DNA of 64,000 bases, taken from positions 608,001-672,000 of the forward strand of contig CAVYSW010000003.1 of assembly GCA_963771275.1 (NCBI GenBank), given 5' to 3'. This DNA is from an uncultured Gemmatimonadales bacterium. Its GTDB lineage: Bacteria > Gemmatimonadota > Gemmatimonadetes > Gemmatimonadales > GWC2-71-9. The notes beneath the pieces are model-generated. The model saw only the letters and a list, made by a program, of their open reading frames with translations. It was not told the origin of the DNA and made no database searches. The translations under genes were made by a program, and so were the position numbers. Each line of letters starts with the position of its first letter. Within the stretch, counting starts at the first letter, position 1. This document shows, piece by piece, positions 53,005 to 62,939 of the stretch.

Positions 53005-55442
53005 TGCTCCCGCGCGAGCCGCCGTGCCTCACGCCGCAGCTCGCGCGCGAGGTCGCGGATCAGGTCGCGGGCATCGCCTACGTTCGCCTCATCCAGCAGC
53101 TCGCGCACGCCGCTCCAGTTCAGATCCTGGAATTGATCGAGCCGGGCAAGCCAGCGCGCGGGCCCCCAGGACGCTTCGCACTGCTCGGTGGGCGCCGTCC
53201 CCTCGAGGAACACCTCCTGCTCGCCGCCGCAGCCCCAGCCGGCGCGCAGGCCGGAGGTCGGATCCACTTCCGCGACCTCGATCCCGTCGGGAACCGGGAA
53301 TTCCTCGCCGCCCTCGTCGCCCAGCGCGGTGCGGAGCAACCGCGCCACGATCGGCAGCGCGACCCGCGAGCCGGTGAGCCCGATGCTCTGCGCATCGTCG
53401 TAGCCGACCCACACACCCACCACGAGCGCCGGCGTGTAGGCGATGAACCAGCCGTCCCGCCAGTCGCTCGACGTGCCGGACTTGCCCGCGATGGAGCCCC
53501 AGACTCCCTGCGCGTGAAGCCCCCGCCCCGTCCCCCGCTCCACCGCCCCCTCGAGCGCCGAGGTGACCAGGTAGGTCTCCGCCGGATCGAACACGCGAGT
53601 CGCGGGGCGGGCCGACGCCGGGCTGACCCGGCCGCGCGCATCCACGACCGCAAGCAGCGCGCGCGCGTCGGCGCGCAGCCCACCCGCGGCGAGTACGCCG
53701 TACGCGCGCGTGAGCTCGAGTGGCGTCACCTCGGATGCGCCGAGCGCCAGGCTCGGCACGGCGTGGAGCGGGCTCGTGATGCCGAGCGCCTTGGCCGTCG
53801 CGACGATCCGCTCCGGTCCCACCGCAAGCCCGATCCGGGCGAACGGCACGTTGAGCGACTGCTCGAGCGCCTCCCGCACCGTGACCTGGCCGCGGAACCC
53901 GTTGTCGTAATTGTCCGGCTCCCAGACGCCCGCGGGCGTCTCAACCGCAAGCGGCTCGTCCTCGACCACCGACGCGAGCGTGAACGCCGGCCCGTCGGGC
54001 GTCGTGGAGCGCGCCAGCGCCGTCAGCGCCACGATCGGCTTGAACGCGCTCCCCGGCTGGCGCCGCGCCTGCGTGGCGCGATTGAACTGCGACGCGCCGT
54101 ACTCGCGGCCGCCCACCATCGCGAGGATCTCCCCCGACCGCGGGTCGAGCGCCACCAGCGCCGCCTGGAGCGCCGCCGTGCGTCCCCGCCGCCGAATCCC
54201 GCGCTCGACGCTCGACAGCCCATCCCGCACCGCGCGCTCGGCGGCACGCTGGAGATCGGCATCCAGCGTCGTGAAGACCGCGAAGCCGCGATCGGCCGTC
54301 GCCCACAGCCCTTCCTCACGCATTCGCTCGAGCGCGTAATCCTGGAAGTAGCGCCCCGTCGGCGCCGGTCGCGGGTGCGGGGCCGCGCGCAGCGGGGAAC
54401 GGGCCGCATTCTCCGCCGCGCGCCGGTCGATCCGCCCCTGCTCCGCCATGAGCCGCAGCACGAGATCGCGCCGTTCCCGCGCGGTGTCCGGGTTTCGCAC
54501 CGGCGAGTAGAGGTTCGGTCCGCGGATCATGCCTGCGAGCAGCGCCGCCTCGGCGACGCTCAGGTCGCCTACATTCTTCCCGAAGTAGAACTGCGCCGCG
54601 CGGCCCACCCCCTTGATCGCGAGCGCGCCGTCCTGGCCGAGATAGATCTCGTTGAGGTAGGCCTCGAGGATCTGCGTCTTGGAGTAGCGCGCCTCGAGCG
54701 CCAGGGCGCTCGCCGCTTCGCGCAACTTGCGCAGCGGCGAGCGCCGCGCCGAGAGGTACAGGTTCCGGGCGAGCTGCTGGGTGATGGTGCTGCCGCCCTC
54801 GGCCACCCGGCGCGCCCGCACGTTGGCGAGCGCCGCGCCGGCAACCCGCCGGAAATCGATGCCGCCGTGCGCGAAGAAGCGCTGGTCCTCGACCGCGAGT
54901 ACCGCCTGGACCAGGCGATCCGGCACGTCGGCCAGCCGGACGGGAACCCGGTCCTCGGCGTCGCCATCCAGCGCCGTACCGATCGGCTCGGGCTCGAGCA
55001 CCACCCGATCGAGTCGATCGCCCTTGGCGTCCGTAAGGCGCCGCACGGCACCGTTCCAATCCAGCCGGATCACGACCAGGCCGCCGGGCTCGGGCCCATC
55101 GGGCCCGACGAACGGCCGCCGCCCGATGCGCCACTCGTCGTCGCCCAGCCGATACTCGCCGGGATCGATTTCACCGCGCGCAGCCCGATAGCCCAGCCGG
55201 TCGAGGGCGCCTCGCACCCGGTCCGCGCTCACCGTAGCCCCCGGCTCCAGCACCAGCGGTCGCGCGAAGAGCCGTGTCGGCGCGCGGGCCGCGGGCGGGT
55301 CGAGCCGGGCGCGGAGCAGCGCCTCGCCGATCACGGCGGCACCCGCGAGCGTCGCCGCCGCGACGAGCACGCCGGCGAGCCGCCACCACGGGATGCGCCA
55401 TCCGGCTGATCGGCGCGCCGGAGCTGGATTCGGAAGGTCCAT
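53001..55442 (-). CDS. Class A penicillin-binding protein (PBP1B-like)
   Basis: EDQRFFAH and GGSTITQQLARN (transglycosylase); SAFK, SLN and KSG (transpeptidase); UB2H-like N-terminal region. Confidence 0.92.
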   Translation of the reverse strand: MDLPNPAPARRSAGWRIPWWRLAGVLVAAATLAGAAVIGEALLRARLDPPAARAPTRLFARPLVLEPGATVSADRVRGALDRLGYRAARGEIDPGEYRLGDDEWRIGRRPFVGPDGPEPGGLVVIRLDWNGAVRRLTDAKGDRLDRVVLEPEPIGTALDGDAEDRVPVRLADVPDRLVQAVLAVEDQRFFAHGGIDFRRVAGAALANVRARRVAEGGSTITQQLARNLYLSARRSPLRKLREAASALALEARYSKTQILEAYLNEIYLGQDGALAIKGVGRAAQFYFGKNVGDLSVAEAALLAGMIRGPNLYSPVRNPDTARERRDLVLRLMAEQGRIDRRAAENAARSPLRAAPHPRPAPTGRYFQDYALERMREEGLWATADRGFAVFTTLDADLQRAAERAVRDGLSSVERGIRRRGRTAALQAALVALDPRSGEILAMVGGREYGASQFNRATQARRQPGSAFKPIVALTALARSTTPDGPAFTLASVVEDEPLAVETPAGVWEPDNYDNGFRGQVTVREALEQSLNVPFARIGLAVGPERIVATAKALGITSPLHAVPSLALGASEVTPLELTRAYGVLAAGGLRADARALLAVVDARGRVSPASARPATRVFDPAETYLVTSALEGAVERGTGRGLHAQGVWGSIAGKSGTSSDWRDGWFIAYTPALVVGVWVGYDDAQSIGLTGSRVALPIVARLLRTALGDEGGEEFPVPDGIEVAEVDPTSGLRAGWGCGGEQEVFLEGTAPTEQCEASWGPARWLARLDQFQDLNWSGVRELLDEANVGDARDLIRDLARELRREARRLAREH

Positions 55443-55755
55443 CGGTCGTTACCCCTTCTTGCCTAGACGCGCGAGCCCGCCGAATGGTTTCGCGGGCCCG
55501 TACTTCCGCTTCTTGTCGCCCTCGCGCGACAGCACGCGCCGAGTAGCCGCTCTCAGCGGCTTCCTGGAAGCGAAGCTGTCGCGCACAGCCCCCGATGATC
55601 GGGTCGCCTGTCGCGTCCCTAAAATGCTGCCAAGGCAGCCACTCGGCCCGAGCTGCCCGGTGAGACGGGCCTCGCCCCCCTGGACCTCCGCGGCGCGACC
55701 CGGCATGTTGCACGCAGCGCTCATCGCACGTGATCCCGCTTGAGGAGGCGCAGGG

Positions 55756-55929
55756 ATGTCCAAGAGTGACGACAAGAAGCTCGCAGCGCTGGTGCGGAAG
55801 AACGCCGCCAAGGCGGCGAAGGCCAAAGCCAAGACCCGCCGAAGGTACGACGAGACGCTGCCGCCCGCCACCGACGACGACGAGGAGCGGCATCGGTTCT
55901 TTGCGGAGATGAAGAAGCGCGAGTTCTGA
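55756..55929 (+). CDS. Small hypothetical protein, 57 aa (not in the ORF track)
   Basis: GAGGAGG RBS; MSKSDDKKLAALVRKNAAKAAKAKAKTRRRYDETLPPATDDDEERHRFFAEMKKREF*; GC3-rich codons. Confidence 0.7.
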   Translation: MSKSDDKKLAALVRKNAAKAAKAKAKTRRRYDETLPPATDDDEERHRFFAEMKKREF

Positions 55930-55944
55930 CCCACGGAGATTGTC

Positions 55945-56238
55945 ATGCCGGCGTACGTGATCGCGGACATCCGGGTCGCCGACCCCGTCCGCTTCGAGGA
56001 GTACAGGCGGCTCGCGGCCGCGTCCATCGCCCAGTACGGCGGCAAGTACATCGCCCGGGGCGGCAAGTCCGCCAAGCTCGAAGGTGAGTGGACGCCGAAC
56101 CGGCTGGTGATTCTCCAGTTCGAGAGCTACGAGCGGGTGAAGCAGTGGTACGACTCGCCGGAATACCGGCCCGCCATGGAGCTGCGCCGCACGATCGCGA
56201 GCTCGAACCTCGTTCTACTGGACGGAATGCCGGCCTGA
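55945..56238 (+). CDS. DUF1330 protein
   Basis: YGGKYIARGG, LEGEW and WYDSPEY. Confidence 0.9.
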   Translation: MPAYVIADIRVADPVRFEEYRRLAAASIAQYGGKYIARGGKSAKLEGEWTPNRLVILQFESYERVKQWYDSPEYRPAMELRRTIASSNLVLLDGMPA

Positions 56239-57290
56239 CGTCCGCCACCACCCGGGCCATCCGGATCGAGCGCCACGGTCCGCCCGAGGCGCTCGTGGAG
56301 CGCGGGATCCCGCTTGCCGAGCCCGGCCCCGGCGAAGTTGGGATCCGGGTCCTGGCCGCGGGCATCAACTTCGCCGACCTGCTCATGCGGGTCGGCCTCT
56401 ACGACACCGTCCCACCACGCCCGTTCAGCCCCGGCTTCGAGATCGCCGGCGAGATCTCCCGGGTCGGTCCGGGCGCGGATGGCTGGCGCGAAGGCGACCG
56501 CGTGGTCGCCCTGCTGCGCTACGGCGGCTACGCGCGCGACGTGGTCGTGCCGGTGCGTCAGGTGTTCCGCTACCCCGCGTCGCTCACGCCCGTGCAGGCG
56601 GCGGCCGTTCCCGTCGTGTTTCTCACCGCCCGCATCTGCCTCATCGAAATGGGCAACGCGCGGCCCGGCGAGGTGGTGCTGATCCTCAACGCCGGCGGCG
56701 GCGTGGGCACCGCCGCGGTGCAGCTCGCGGTGCGCCGCGGCCTCCGCGTGATCGGGACGGCGGGCGACGCACGCAAGCGGACCTTCGTCACCGAGCAGCT
56801 CGGCGCCGCAGCCTGCTTCGACTCGCGGGTGGACTTCGAGGGCCCGGTCCGCGCGCTCGTGGGACCGCGGGGCGTGGACCTGGCGCTCGATGCCGTCGGC
56901 GGCCACGCCACCGCCGCGTGCCGCCGGCTACTCGCACCGCTCGGGCGGCTCGTGTTTTACGGGCTGAGCGACGCGCTGCCGAAGCGCACGCGCAGCTGGC
57001 GGCGGGCTGCGTGGGCCTGGCTCCGCACGCCGCGGTTCCATCCCCTGTCGCTGATCCAACCGAGCATCGGCGTGCTCGGCGTGCACCTGCTGCATCTCGC
57101 CGCCAAGGAAGCGATCCTCCGGCCTGCGCTGGAGGACATCTTTCGCGCCGTGGTCGCCGGCGAGATCCGTCCCGTCGTGGACCGCACGTTCCCGCTGGAC
57201 GGGCCCGGCGCGGTCGCGGCTCACCGCTATCTCCACGAGCGGCGCAACCTCGGCAAGGTGGTGCTGGCCGCCGGCGCGCCGGCGGCGTGA
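56235..57290 (+). CDS. MDR-family NADPH:quinone oxidoreductase (VAT-1-like)
   Basis: GINFADL, PGFEIAG, AGGGVG and RRNLGKVVL; start uncertain. Confidence 0.87.
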   Translation: MTSATTRAIRIERHGPPEALVERGIPLAEPGPGEVGIRVLAAGINFADLLMRVGLYDTVPPRPFSPGFEIAGEISRVGPGADGWREGDRVVALLRYGGYARDVVVPVRQVFRYPASLTPVQAAAVPVVFLTARICLIEMGNARPGEVVLILNAGGGVGTAAVQLAVRRGLRVIGTAGDARKRTFVTEQLGAAACFDSRVDFEGPVRALVGPRGVDLALDAVGGHATAACRRLLAPLGRLVFYGLSDALPKRTRSWRRAAWAWLRTPRFHPLSLIQPSIGVLGVHLLHLAAKEAILRPALEDIFRAVVAGEIRPVVDRTFPLDGPGAVAAHRYLHERRNLGKVVLAAGAPAA

Positions 57291-57353
57291 TCCCGAGGGC
57301 TGGCGGACCGCGGGCCGCGGCAGGATGTTGATGGGGTCGGACAGGGAGGCACC

Positions 57354-57569
57354 ATGACGCACCCGGCGACCCACGTACTCGGCATCGCGAGTCATTCTTT
57401 CCGCACGAGGCTGATCCGCGTCTTCGATCGAGTCCGGCTCCGGGTCGCGCGCGCGCGCGCGGCGCTCCGCAGGATGGATCAGCCGACCGCGATGCTGATC
57501 TTCGCCGTCGCGGTAGCGCTGCTGGTCGCCTATTTCCTGAGCGTCACACCCATCTCCCGGCGTCACTGA
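57354..57569 (+). CDS. Small membrane hypothetical protein
   Basis: GGAGG RBS; single C-terminal TM helix. Confidence 0.5.
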   Translation: MTHPATHVLGIASHSFRTRLIRVFDRVRLRVARARAALRRMDQPTAMLIFAVAVALLVAYFLSVTPISRRH

Positions 57570-57600
57570 TCTTGAGCGGTGCGCGGCGAGGAGATCCGCC

Positions 57601-58176
57601 ATGTCTACCGATTTCCTGAACGGTCGCGTCCACGTCGTCGTCGGCGACATCACGCACGAGCCGGTGGACGCGATCGTGAACGCCGCGAACTCGTCGCTGA
57701 TGGGCGGGGGCGGCGTGGACGGGGCCATTCACCACGCCGGGGGCCCGGAGATTCTCGCCGCCTGCAGACGGATCCGGCAGGAGGAGCTCCCGAACGGCCT
57801 GCCGACCGGCGAGGCCGTCATCACGACCGGCGGCTGGCTGCCGGCGAAGCACGTGATCCACACGGTGGGCCCAGTCTACGGACGAAACGCCGGCCGCGAT
57901 GCCGAGCTGCTCGCCTCCTGCTATCGGCGGTCGCTCGAGGTGGCCGTCGAGCACGGGCTCGAGACCATCGCGTTCCCCGCCATCTCGACCGGGATCTACG
58001 GCTACCCGCCCGAAGAGGCGGCGGGGGTCGCGTCGCAGACGATCGAGGCGTTTCTCAATCGTCGGCGCACGATCCGCGAGGTGCGGCTCGTGTTCTTCTC
58101 CACGCGGGATGCGCAGGTCTTCCGGGCCCACCAGCGGTTTGCCGGCTCCTGGAGCCGACATTCATCCAGACCTTAA
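57601..58176 (+). CDS. Macro-domain O-acetyl-ADP-ribose deacetylase (YmdB-like)
   Basis: GDIT, IVNAAN, GGGGVDGAIH and FPAISTGIYGYP. Confidence 0.93.
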   Translation: MSTDFLNGRVHVVVGDITHEPVDAIVNAANSSLMGGGGVDGAIHHAGGPEILAACRRIRQEELPNGLPTGEAVITTGGWLPAKHVIHTVGPVYGRNAGRDAELLASCYRRSLEVAVEHGLETIAFPAISTGIYGYPPEEAAGVASQTIEAFLNRRRTIREVRLVFFSTRDAQVFRAHQRFAGSWSRHSSRP

Positions 58177-58229
58177 GGAATCCTGAACGAACCCGTCGCA
58201 GAATATGGGCTGACGCACCGGGAGGGATT

Positions 58230-59183
58230 CTGCAGGCTGGGACGCTCACCACCGGCGTGGTGTTCGACATCCGCCGGTTCTCGATCCACGACGGACCGGG
58301 CATCCGCACCACGGTCTTCCTCAAGGGCTGCCCGCTGCGCTGCTGGTGGTGCCACAATCCCGAGGGCCTGTCGGCGGCGCCCGAGGTCGTGTGGCGCGCC
58401 GAGCGCTGCTCGCGTTGCGGCACGTGCATCGCGATTTGCCCGGAAGGCGCGCTCTCCTGGGATGGTGAGACCCCGCTGCTCGACCAGACCCGCTGCACGC
58501 TGTGCGGTCTGTGCGCCGACCAGTGCTACGCCGAGGCGCGGGAGCTGCTCGGCCGCGCGATGACCCCCGAGCAGGTGCTCGCGGAGCTCGAGCGCGACCG
58601 GATGTTCTACGACGAGTCGGGCGGCGGCGTGACGTTCTCCGGCGGCGAGCCGCTTGCTCAACCCGAGTTTCTCCTGGAGCTGCTGCGCGGCTGCCGCGAG
58701 CGCGGGATGCACACGGCCGTGGATACGTGCGGCCACGCGTCCCGCGAGACCGTGGACCGGATCCGGCCGCATGTGAGCCTGTTTCTCTACGATCTCAAGC
58801 TGCTGGACGACGACCGGCACCGGCGGTACACGGGCGTCTCCAATGCGCTGGGGCTCGCGAACCTCCGTGCGCTGGTAGCCGCGGGACACGCCATCGTGGT
58901 GCGGGTGCCGCTGATCCCCGGCGTGAACGATGGTGACGAGAGCGTGCGGCGCATCGGCGCCTTCCTCACGGAGCTGGGGCGCCCGTTCCCCGTCGTGATT
59001 CTCCCGTATCATTCATTGGGCGCGGCCAAGTACGGCAGGCTCGGCCGGGAGTACCGGATGGCGGAAACGCGGATCAGCGAGGAGCGAGTCGCCGCCGCGA
59101 CGATCGTGCTGCGCGGGTTCGGGTTGCAGGTGGATGTGATGGGAAACGGTAGCACGGCACGGAACCACGGGATGGCATCATGA
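58230..59183 (+). CDS. Glycyl-radical enzyme activating enzyme (radical SAM with ferredoxin insert)
   Basis: HDGPGIRTTVFLKGCPLRCWWCHNPE; two CxxCxxCxxxC motifs; GVTFSGGEP; start CTG 58230 or GTG 58257. Confidence 0.93.
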   Translation: MQAGTLTTGVVFDIRRFSIHDGPGIRTTVFLKGCPLRCWWCHNPEGLSAAPEVVWRAERCSRCGTCIAICPEGALSWDGETPLLDQTRCTLCGLCADQCYAEARELLGRAMTPEQVLAELERDRMFYDESGGGVTFSGGEPLAQPEFLLELLRGCRERGMHTAVDTCGHASRETVDRIRPHVSLFLYDLKLLDDDRHRRYTGVSNALGLANLRALVAAGHAIVVRVPLIPGVNDGDESVRRIGAFLTELGRPFPVVILPYHSLGAAKYGRLGREYRMAETRISEERVAAATIVLRGFGLQVDVMGNGSTARNHGMAS

Positions 59184-61552
59184 CGATGACCGAGCGAGTC
59201 CGACGGCTGCGCGCCCAGAGCCTCGAGGCGCGGCCGGCGATCGCCTCCGAGCGGGCGGACCTCATCACGGACTTCTATCGCGCCAGCGCCGGCGATGCGG
59301 TGTCCGCGCCCATGCAACGCGCGCTGTGGTTCCAGGCGCTGCTGGAGCGCTGCACCATCCACCTGGGCGAGGGCGAGCTGATCGTGGGCGAGAAGGGCCC
59401 CAAGCCCAAGGAGGCGCCCACCTACCCCGAGCTCTGCTGCCACTCGCTCGAGGACCTCGATCTCCTCAACAGCCGCGAGAAGATCCCGTTCGACGTGAGC
59501 CCAACCACGCGCCGGGTGTACGCCGAAACCGTGATCCCGTTTTGGCACGGCCGCTCGATGCGGGACCTGATCTTCCGCGAGATGACCGACGAGTGGAAGG
59601 CCGCCTACGAGGCCGGCGTCTTCACCGAGTTCATGGAGCAGCGCGCGCCCGGCCACACGGTGCTGGACGACAAGATCTACGGCACCGGCATGCTCGACTT
59701 CATCGGCGAGATCGACGCGCGTCTGGCCGCGCTCGACTTCTTCGACGATCCCGAGGCGTACGCCAAGCAGCAACAGCTCCGCGCAATGCGGATCGGCGCG
59801 GAAGCCGTCATCCGGTTCGCCGAGCGCCACGCGGAGCGCGCGCGGGCGATCGCGGCCCACGTGGAAGACCCTGCCCGGCGCGAGGAGCTCGAGCGGATCG
59901 CGCAAGTCTGCACGTGGGTGCCGGCGCACGCGCCGCGCGACTTCTGGGAGGCGTTGCAGTACTACTGGTTCGTGCACCTGGGCGTCACCATGGAGCTCAA
60001 CACGTGGGACGCCTTCTCGCCGGGCCATCTCGACCAGCATCTCTATCCGTTCTACCGCCAGGGACTCGACGACGGCACGCTCACGCGGGAGCGCGCCGAA
60101 GAGCTGCTCCAGTGCCTCTGGATCAAGTTCAACAACCAGCCCGCGCCGCCCAAGGTGGGCGTCACCGCCGAAGAGAGCGGGACCTACACCGACTTCGCGC
60201 AGATCAACCTGGGCGGGCTCCGTCCCGACGGCTCGGACGCCGTGAACGACGTGACGTTCCTGCTGCTCGACGTGGTCGAGGAGATGCGGCTGCTGCAGCC
60301 GAGCGCGTCGATCCAGGTCAGCAAGAAGAGCCCCGACCGGTTCGTGAAGCGCGCGGCGCGCATCATCCGGACCGGGTTCGGGCAGCCGTCGGTGTTCAAC
60401 AGCGACCTCATCGTCGAGGAGTTGGTGCGGCAGGGGAAGTCGATCGTCGACGCCCGGGCAGGCGGCTCGAGCGGCTGCGTTGAGGTCGGGGCGTTCGGCA
60501 AGGAGGCCTACATCCTGACCGGCTACTTCAATATGCCCAAGGTGCTCGAGATCACGCTCCACAACGGCGTGGACCCCCGCACCGGCCGCACGATCGGCAT
60601 TCCGACCGGCGACCCCAGGACGTTCACGACGTTCGACGACCTCTTCGCGGCGTATCAGCGGCAGCTGCGGCATTTCGTGGACATCAAGATCCGCGGCAAC
60701 AACGTGATCGAGCGGCTGTACGCCGCCCACATGCCCGCGCCGTTCCTGTCGCTGCTGACCGCCGACTGCGTCGCGAACGCGAAGGACTACAACGCCGGCG
60801 GCGCGCGCTACAACACGTCGTACATCCAGGGTGTGGGCCTTGGCACCATGACGGACGCGATGACCGCGCTCCAGTACCAGGTGTTCGACCGCAGGACGCT
60901 CACCATGGATCAGCTGCTCGAAGCCTTGGGCGCGGACTTCGCCGGGCGGGAGCGCGTGCAGCAGCTCCTGCGGAACAAGACCCCCAAGTTCGGCAACGAC
61001 GACGACTGCGCGGACGGCGTGATGCGCCGCCTGTTCGACGCGTACTTCGACGCGATCGACGGGCGGCCCAACACCAAGGGCGGCCGCTACCGCATCAACC
61101 TGCTCCCCACGACCGTGCACGTGTACTTCGGCTCCGTGGTGGGGGCGACGCCCGACGGGCGCCGGGCCGCGACCCCGCTGTCGGAGGGGATCTCGCCGGT
61201 GCAGGGGGCGGACCGGCACGGGCCCACGGCGGTGCTCAAGTCGGCGGCCAAGATGGATCACGTGCGGACCGGCGGCACGCTGCTCAATCAGAAGCTCACC
61301 CCCCGGCTGCTCGACGGTGACGAGGGGCTTGACCGGCTCGTGCAGCTGGTGCGCACCTACTTTCGGCTCGACGGCCACCACGTCCAGTTCAACGTGGTGG
61401 ACGCCGCGACGCTCCGGGCGGCGCAGGAGCATCCGGAGGAGCACCGCGACCTGATCGTGCGGGTGGCGGGCTACAGCGACTATTTTTGCGACCTAGGCCG
61501 CGCGCTCCAGGACGAGATCATCGCCCGCACCGAGCACCAGGCGGTGGCGTAG
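59180..61552 (+). CDS. hypD: Glycyl radical enzyme, trans-4-hydroxy-L-proline dehydratase
   Basis: RVAGYS glycyl loop; SGCVE Cys loop; FTEFMEQRAPGH, ESGTYTDF and LLPTTVHVYFG match HypD as I recall it. Confidence 0.82.
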   Translation: MTMTERVRRLRAQSLEARPAIASERADLITDFYRASAGDAVSAPMQRALWFQALLERCTIHLGEGELIVGEKGPKPKEAPTYPELCCHSLEDLDLLNSREKIPFDVSPTTRRVYAETVIPFWHGRSMRDLIFREMTDEWKAAYEAGVFTEFMEQRAPGHTVLDDKIYGTGMLDFIGEIDARLAALDFFDDPEAYAKQQQLRAMRIGAEAVIRFAERHAERARAIAAHVEDPARREELERIAQVCTWVPAHAPRDFWEALQYYWFVHLGVTMELNTWDAFSPGHLDQHLYPFYRQGLDDGTLTRERAEELLQCLWIKFNNQPAPPKVGVTAEESGTYTDFAQINLGGLRPDGSDAVNDVTFLLLDVVEEMRLLQPSASIQVSKKSPDRFVKRAARIIRTGFGQPSVFNSDLIVEELVRQGKSIVDARAGGSSGCVEVGAFGKEAYILTGYFNMPKVLEITLHNGVDPRTGRTIGIPTGDPRTFTTFDDLFAAYQRQLRHFVDIKIRGNNVIERLYAAHMPAPFLSLLTADCVANAKDYNAGGARYNTSYIQGVGLGTMTDAMTALQYQVFDRRTLTMDQLLEALGADFAGRERVQQLLRNKTPKFGNDDDCADGVMRRLFDAYFDAIDGRPNTKGGRYRINLLPTTVHVYFGSVVGATPDGRRAATPLSEGISPVQGADRHGPTAVLKSAAKMDHVRTGGTLLNQKLTPRLLDGDEGLDRLVQLVRTYFRLDGHHVQFNVVDAATLRAAQEHPEEHRDLIVRVAGYSDYFCDLGRALQDEIIARTEHQAVA

Positions 61553-61574
61553 GATTTCGGCCCGCGGGCGTATT

Positions 61575-61644
61575 CACCGCAGAGATCACGGAGAACACGG
61601 AGAAGGACTGAGCTGCAGTAGTCCCTCTCTGCGCTCTCTGTGGT
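61575..61644. repeat. Nonamer-unit REP-like inverted repeat
   Basis: CACCGCAGAG ATCACGGAG AACACGGAG ... CTCTCTGCG CTCTCTGTGGT. Confidence 0.65.
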
Positions 61645-61661
61645 AGACCCGCGGAGCTGAC

Positions 61662-62366
61662 ATGTACGACACCGGCCTGACGTCGCGCGTCGCGCGCGCC
61701 GACGGCCCCATCCGCGCCGTGCTGTTCGACCTGGACGGGACGCTCGTCAACACGTGGGCGTTGTATCTCGAGTCCTATCTCAGGACACTCGAGCCGTATG
61801 CGGGCCGGCGGCTGTCGCTCGACGAGCTTCGCGCGCTGCACCCCAGCTCGGAGATGCGCGCGCTGCACAGTCTGGTGCCGGCCGAGGAGGTCCCACAGGC
61901 CCACGCCACCCTGCTCGAGCACTACCGGACGCTGCACGACGAGCTGTTCGCCGGCGTGTACCCGGGGGTCGCCGCCATGCTGGACGGCCTGCGCCAGAAG
62001 GGACTCCCGCTCGGCATCGTGACGGGGAAGAGCCGCGGCGCGTGGGACATCACCCGCGAGCAGTCGGGACTGGGCGATTTCGCGGTGTTCGTGGGCGACG
62101 ACGACGTGGCGGAGGCGAAGCCGTCCCCTGAGGGGCTGCGCCTGGCGCTCCGCCGACTCAACCTGCCGGCTGACGACGCGCTCTACGTGGGCGATGCGAT
62201 CCCGGATGCCACCGCCGCGCGCGATGCCGGCGTGCGCTTTGCCGCGGCGCTCTGGGCCAAGCGCTCGGGCGACGTCCCCGAGTTTCTGCGGCGGGTGCGC
62301 GAGGTGGGCGCGTGGGCCGAGCTACCCGAGCCCGGGAGCCTGTTGGAGGTGCTGGAAACGGAGTAA
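61662..62366 (+). CDS. HAD-family hydrolase
   Basis: FDLDGTL, IVTGK, KPSPEG and YVGDAIPD. Confidence 0.92.
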   Translation: MYDTGLTSRVARADGPIRAVLFDLDGTLVNTWALYLESYLRTLEPYAGRRLSLDELRALHPSSEMRALHSLVPAEEVPQAHATLLEHYRTLHDELFAGVYPGVAAMLDGLRQKGLPLGIVTGKSRGAWDITREQSGLGDFAVFVGDDDVAEAKPSPEGLRLALRRLNLPADDALYVGDAIPDATAARDAGVRFAAALWAKRSGDVPEFLRRVREVGAWAELPEPGSLLEVLETE

Positions 62367-62483
62367 GAGGCCGCGAGTACACTCGCGGCCGGCCGTCGTC
62401 CTCGGCACCCGTTGCGCCCACCGGGCCGCGCAGTAACGTCTCTCGAGGCAGGCGATCGGCACGTTTCTCACCGGGGCGGCACC

Positions 62484-62846
62484 ATGATCGAGAAGGTCAA
62501 CCTCGCCGCGAAGTTCGCCCAGATCAGTGAGCATTGGCGCCCCAAGGTGGTGGGCGCTCTGAACGGCCAGGAGGTGAAGCTCGTCAAGTTCCGAGGCGAG
62601 TTCATCTGGCACCACCACGAGCACGAGGACGAGCTGTTCCTCGGCGTGCGCGGCCGGTTCCGCGTGGAGTTTCGCGACCACGTGGTGCAGGTCGGCCCCG
62701 GTGAGCTGGTGATCGTGCCGCGCGGCCTCGAGCATCGGACCGCCGCTGACGAGGAGGTCGAGGTCCTCCTCTTCGAGCCGGCCGCGACCCGCAACACCGG
62801 CAACGTGGAGCATCCGACGTTCACCGCGCCCGTCGACTATCTCTGA
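62484..62846 (+). CDS. Cupin domain protein
   Basis: GEFIWHHHEHEDELF and VPRGLEHR. Confidence 0.9.
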   Translation: MIEKVNLAAKFAQISEHWRPKVVGALNGQEVKLVKFRGEFIWHHHEHEDELFLGVRGRFRVEFRDHVVQVGPGELVIVPRGLEHRTAADEEVEVLLFEPAATRNTGNVEHPTFTAPVDYL

Positions 62847-62939
62847 GCGACGGCGTGCGCCGCCCGCCGGACCGGGAGCTGGGGGCACCAAGGACACGGT
62901 GCCCCCCGCCGACGGGCGACCCCAAGAGGAGGACCGCCC

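Noticed and set aside
58230..59183. Radical SAM protein as a peptide maturase
   Set aside because: Clearly a glycyl-radical activase coupled to the adjacent enzyme.
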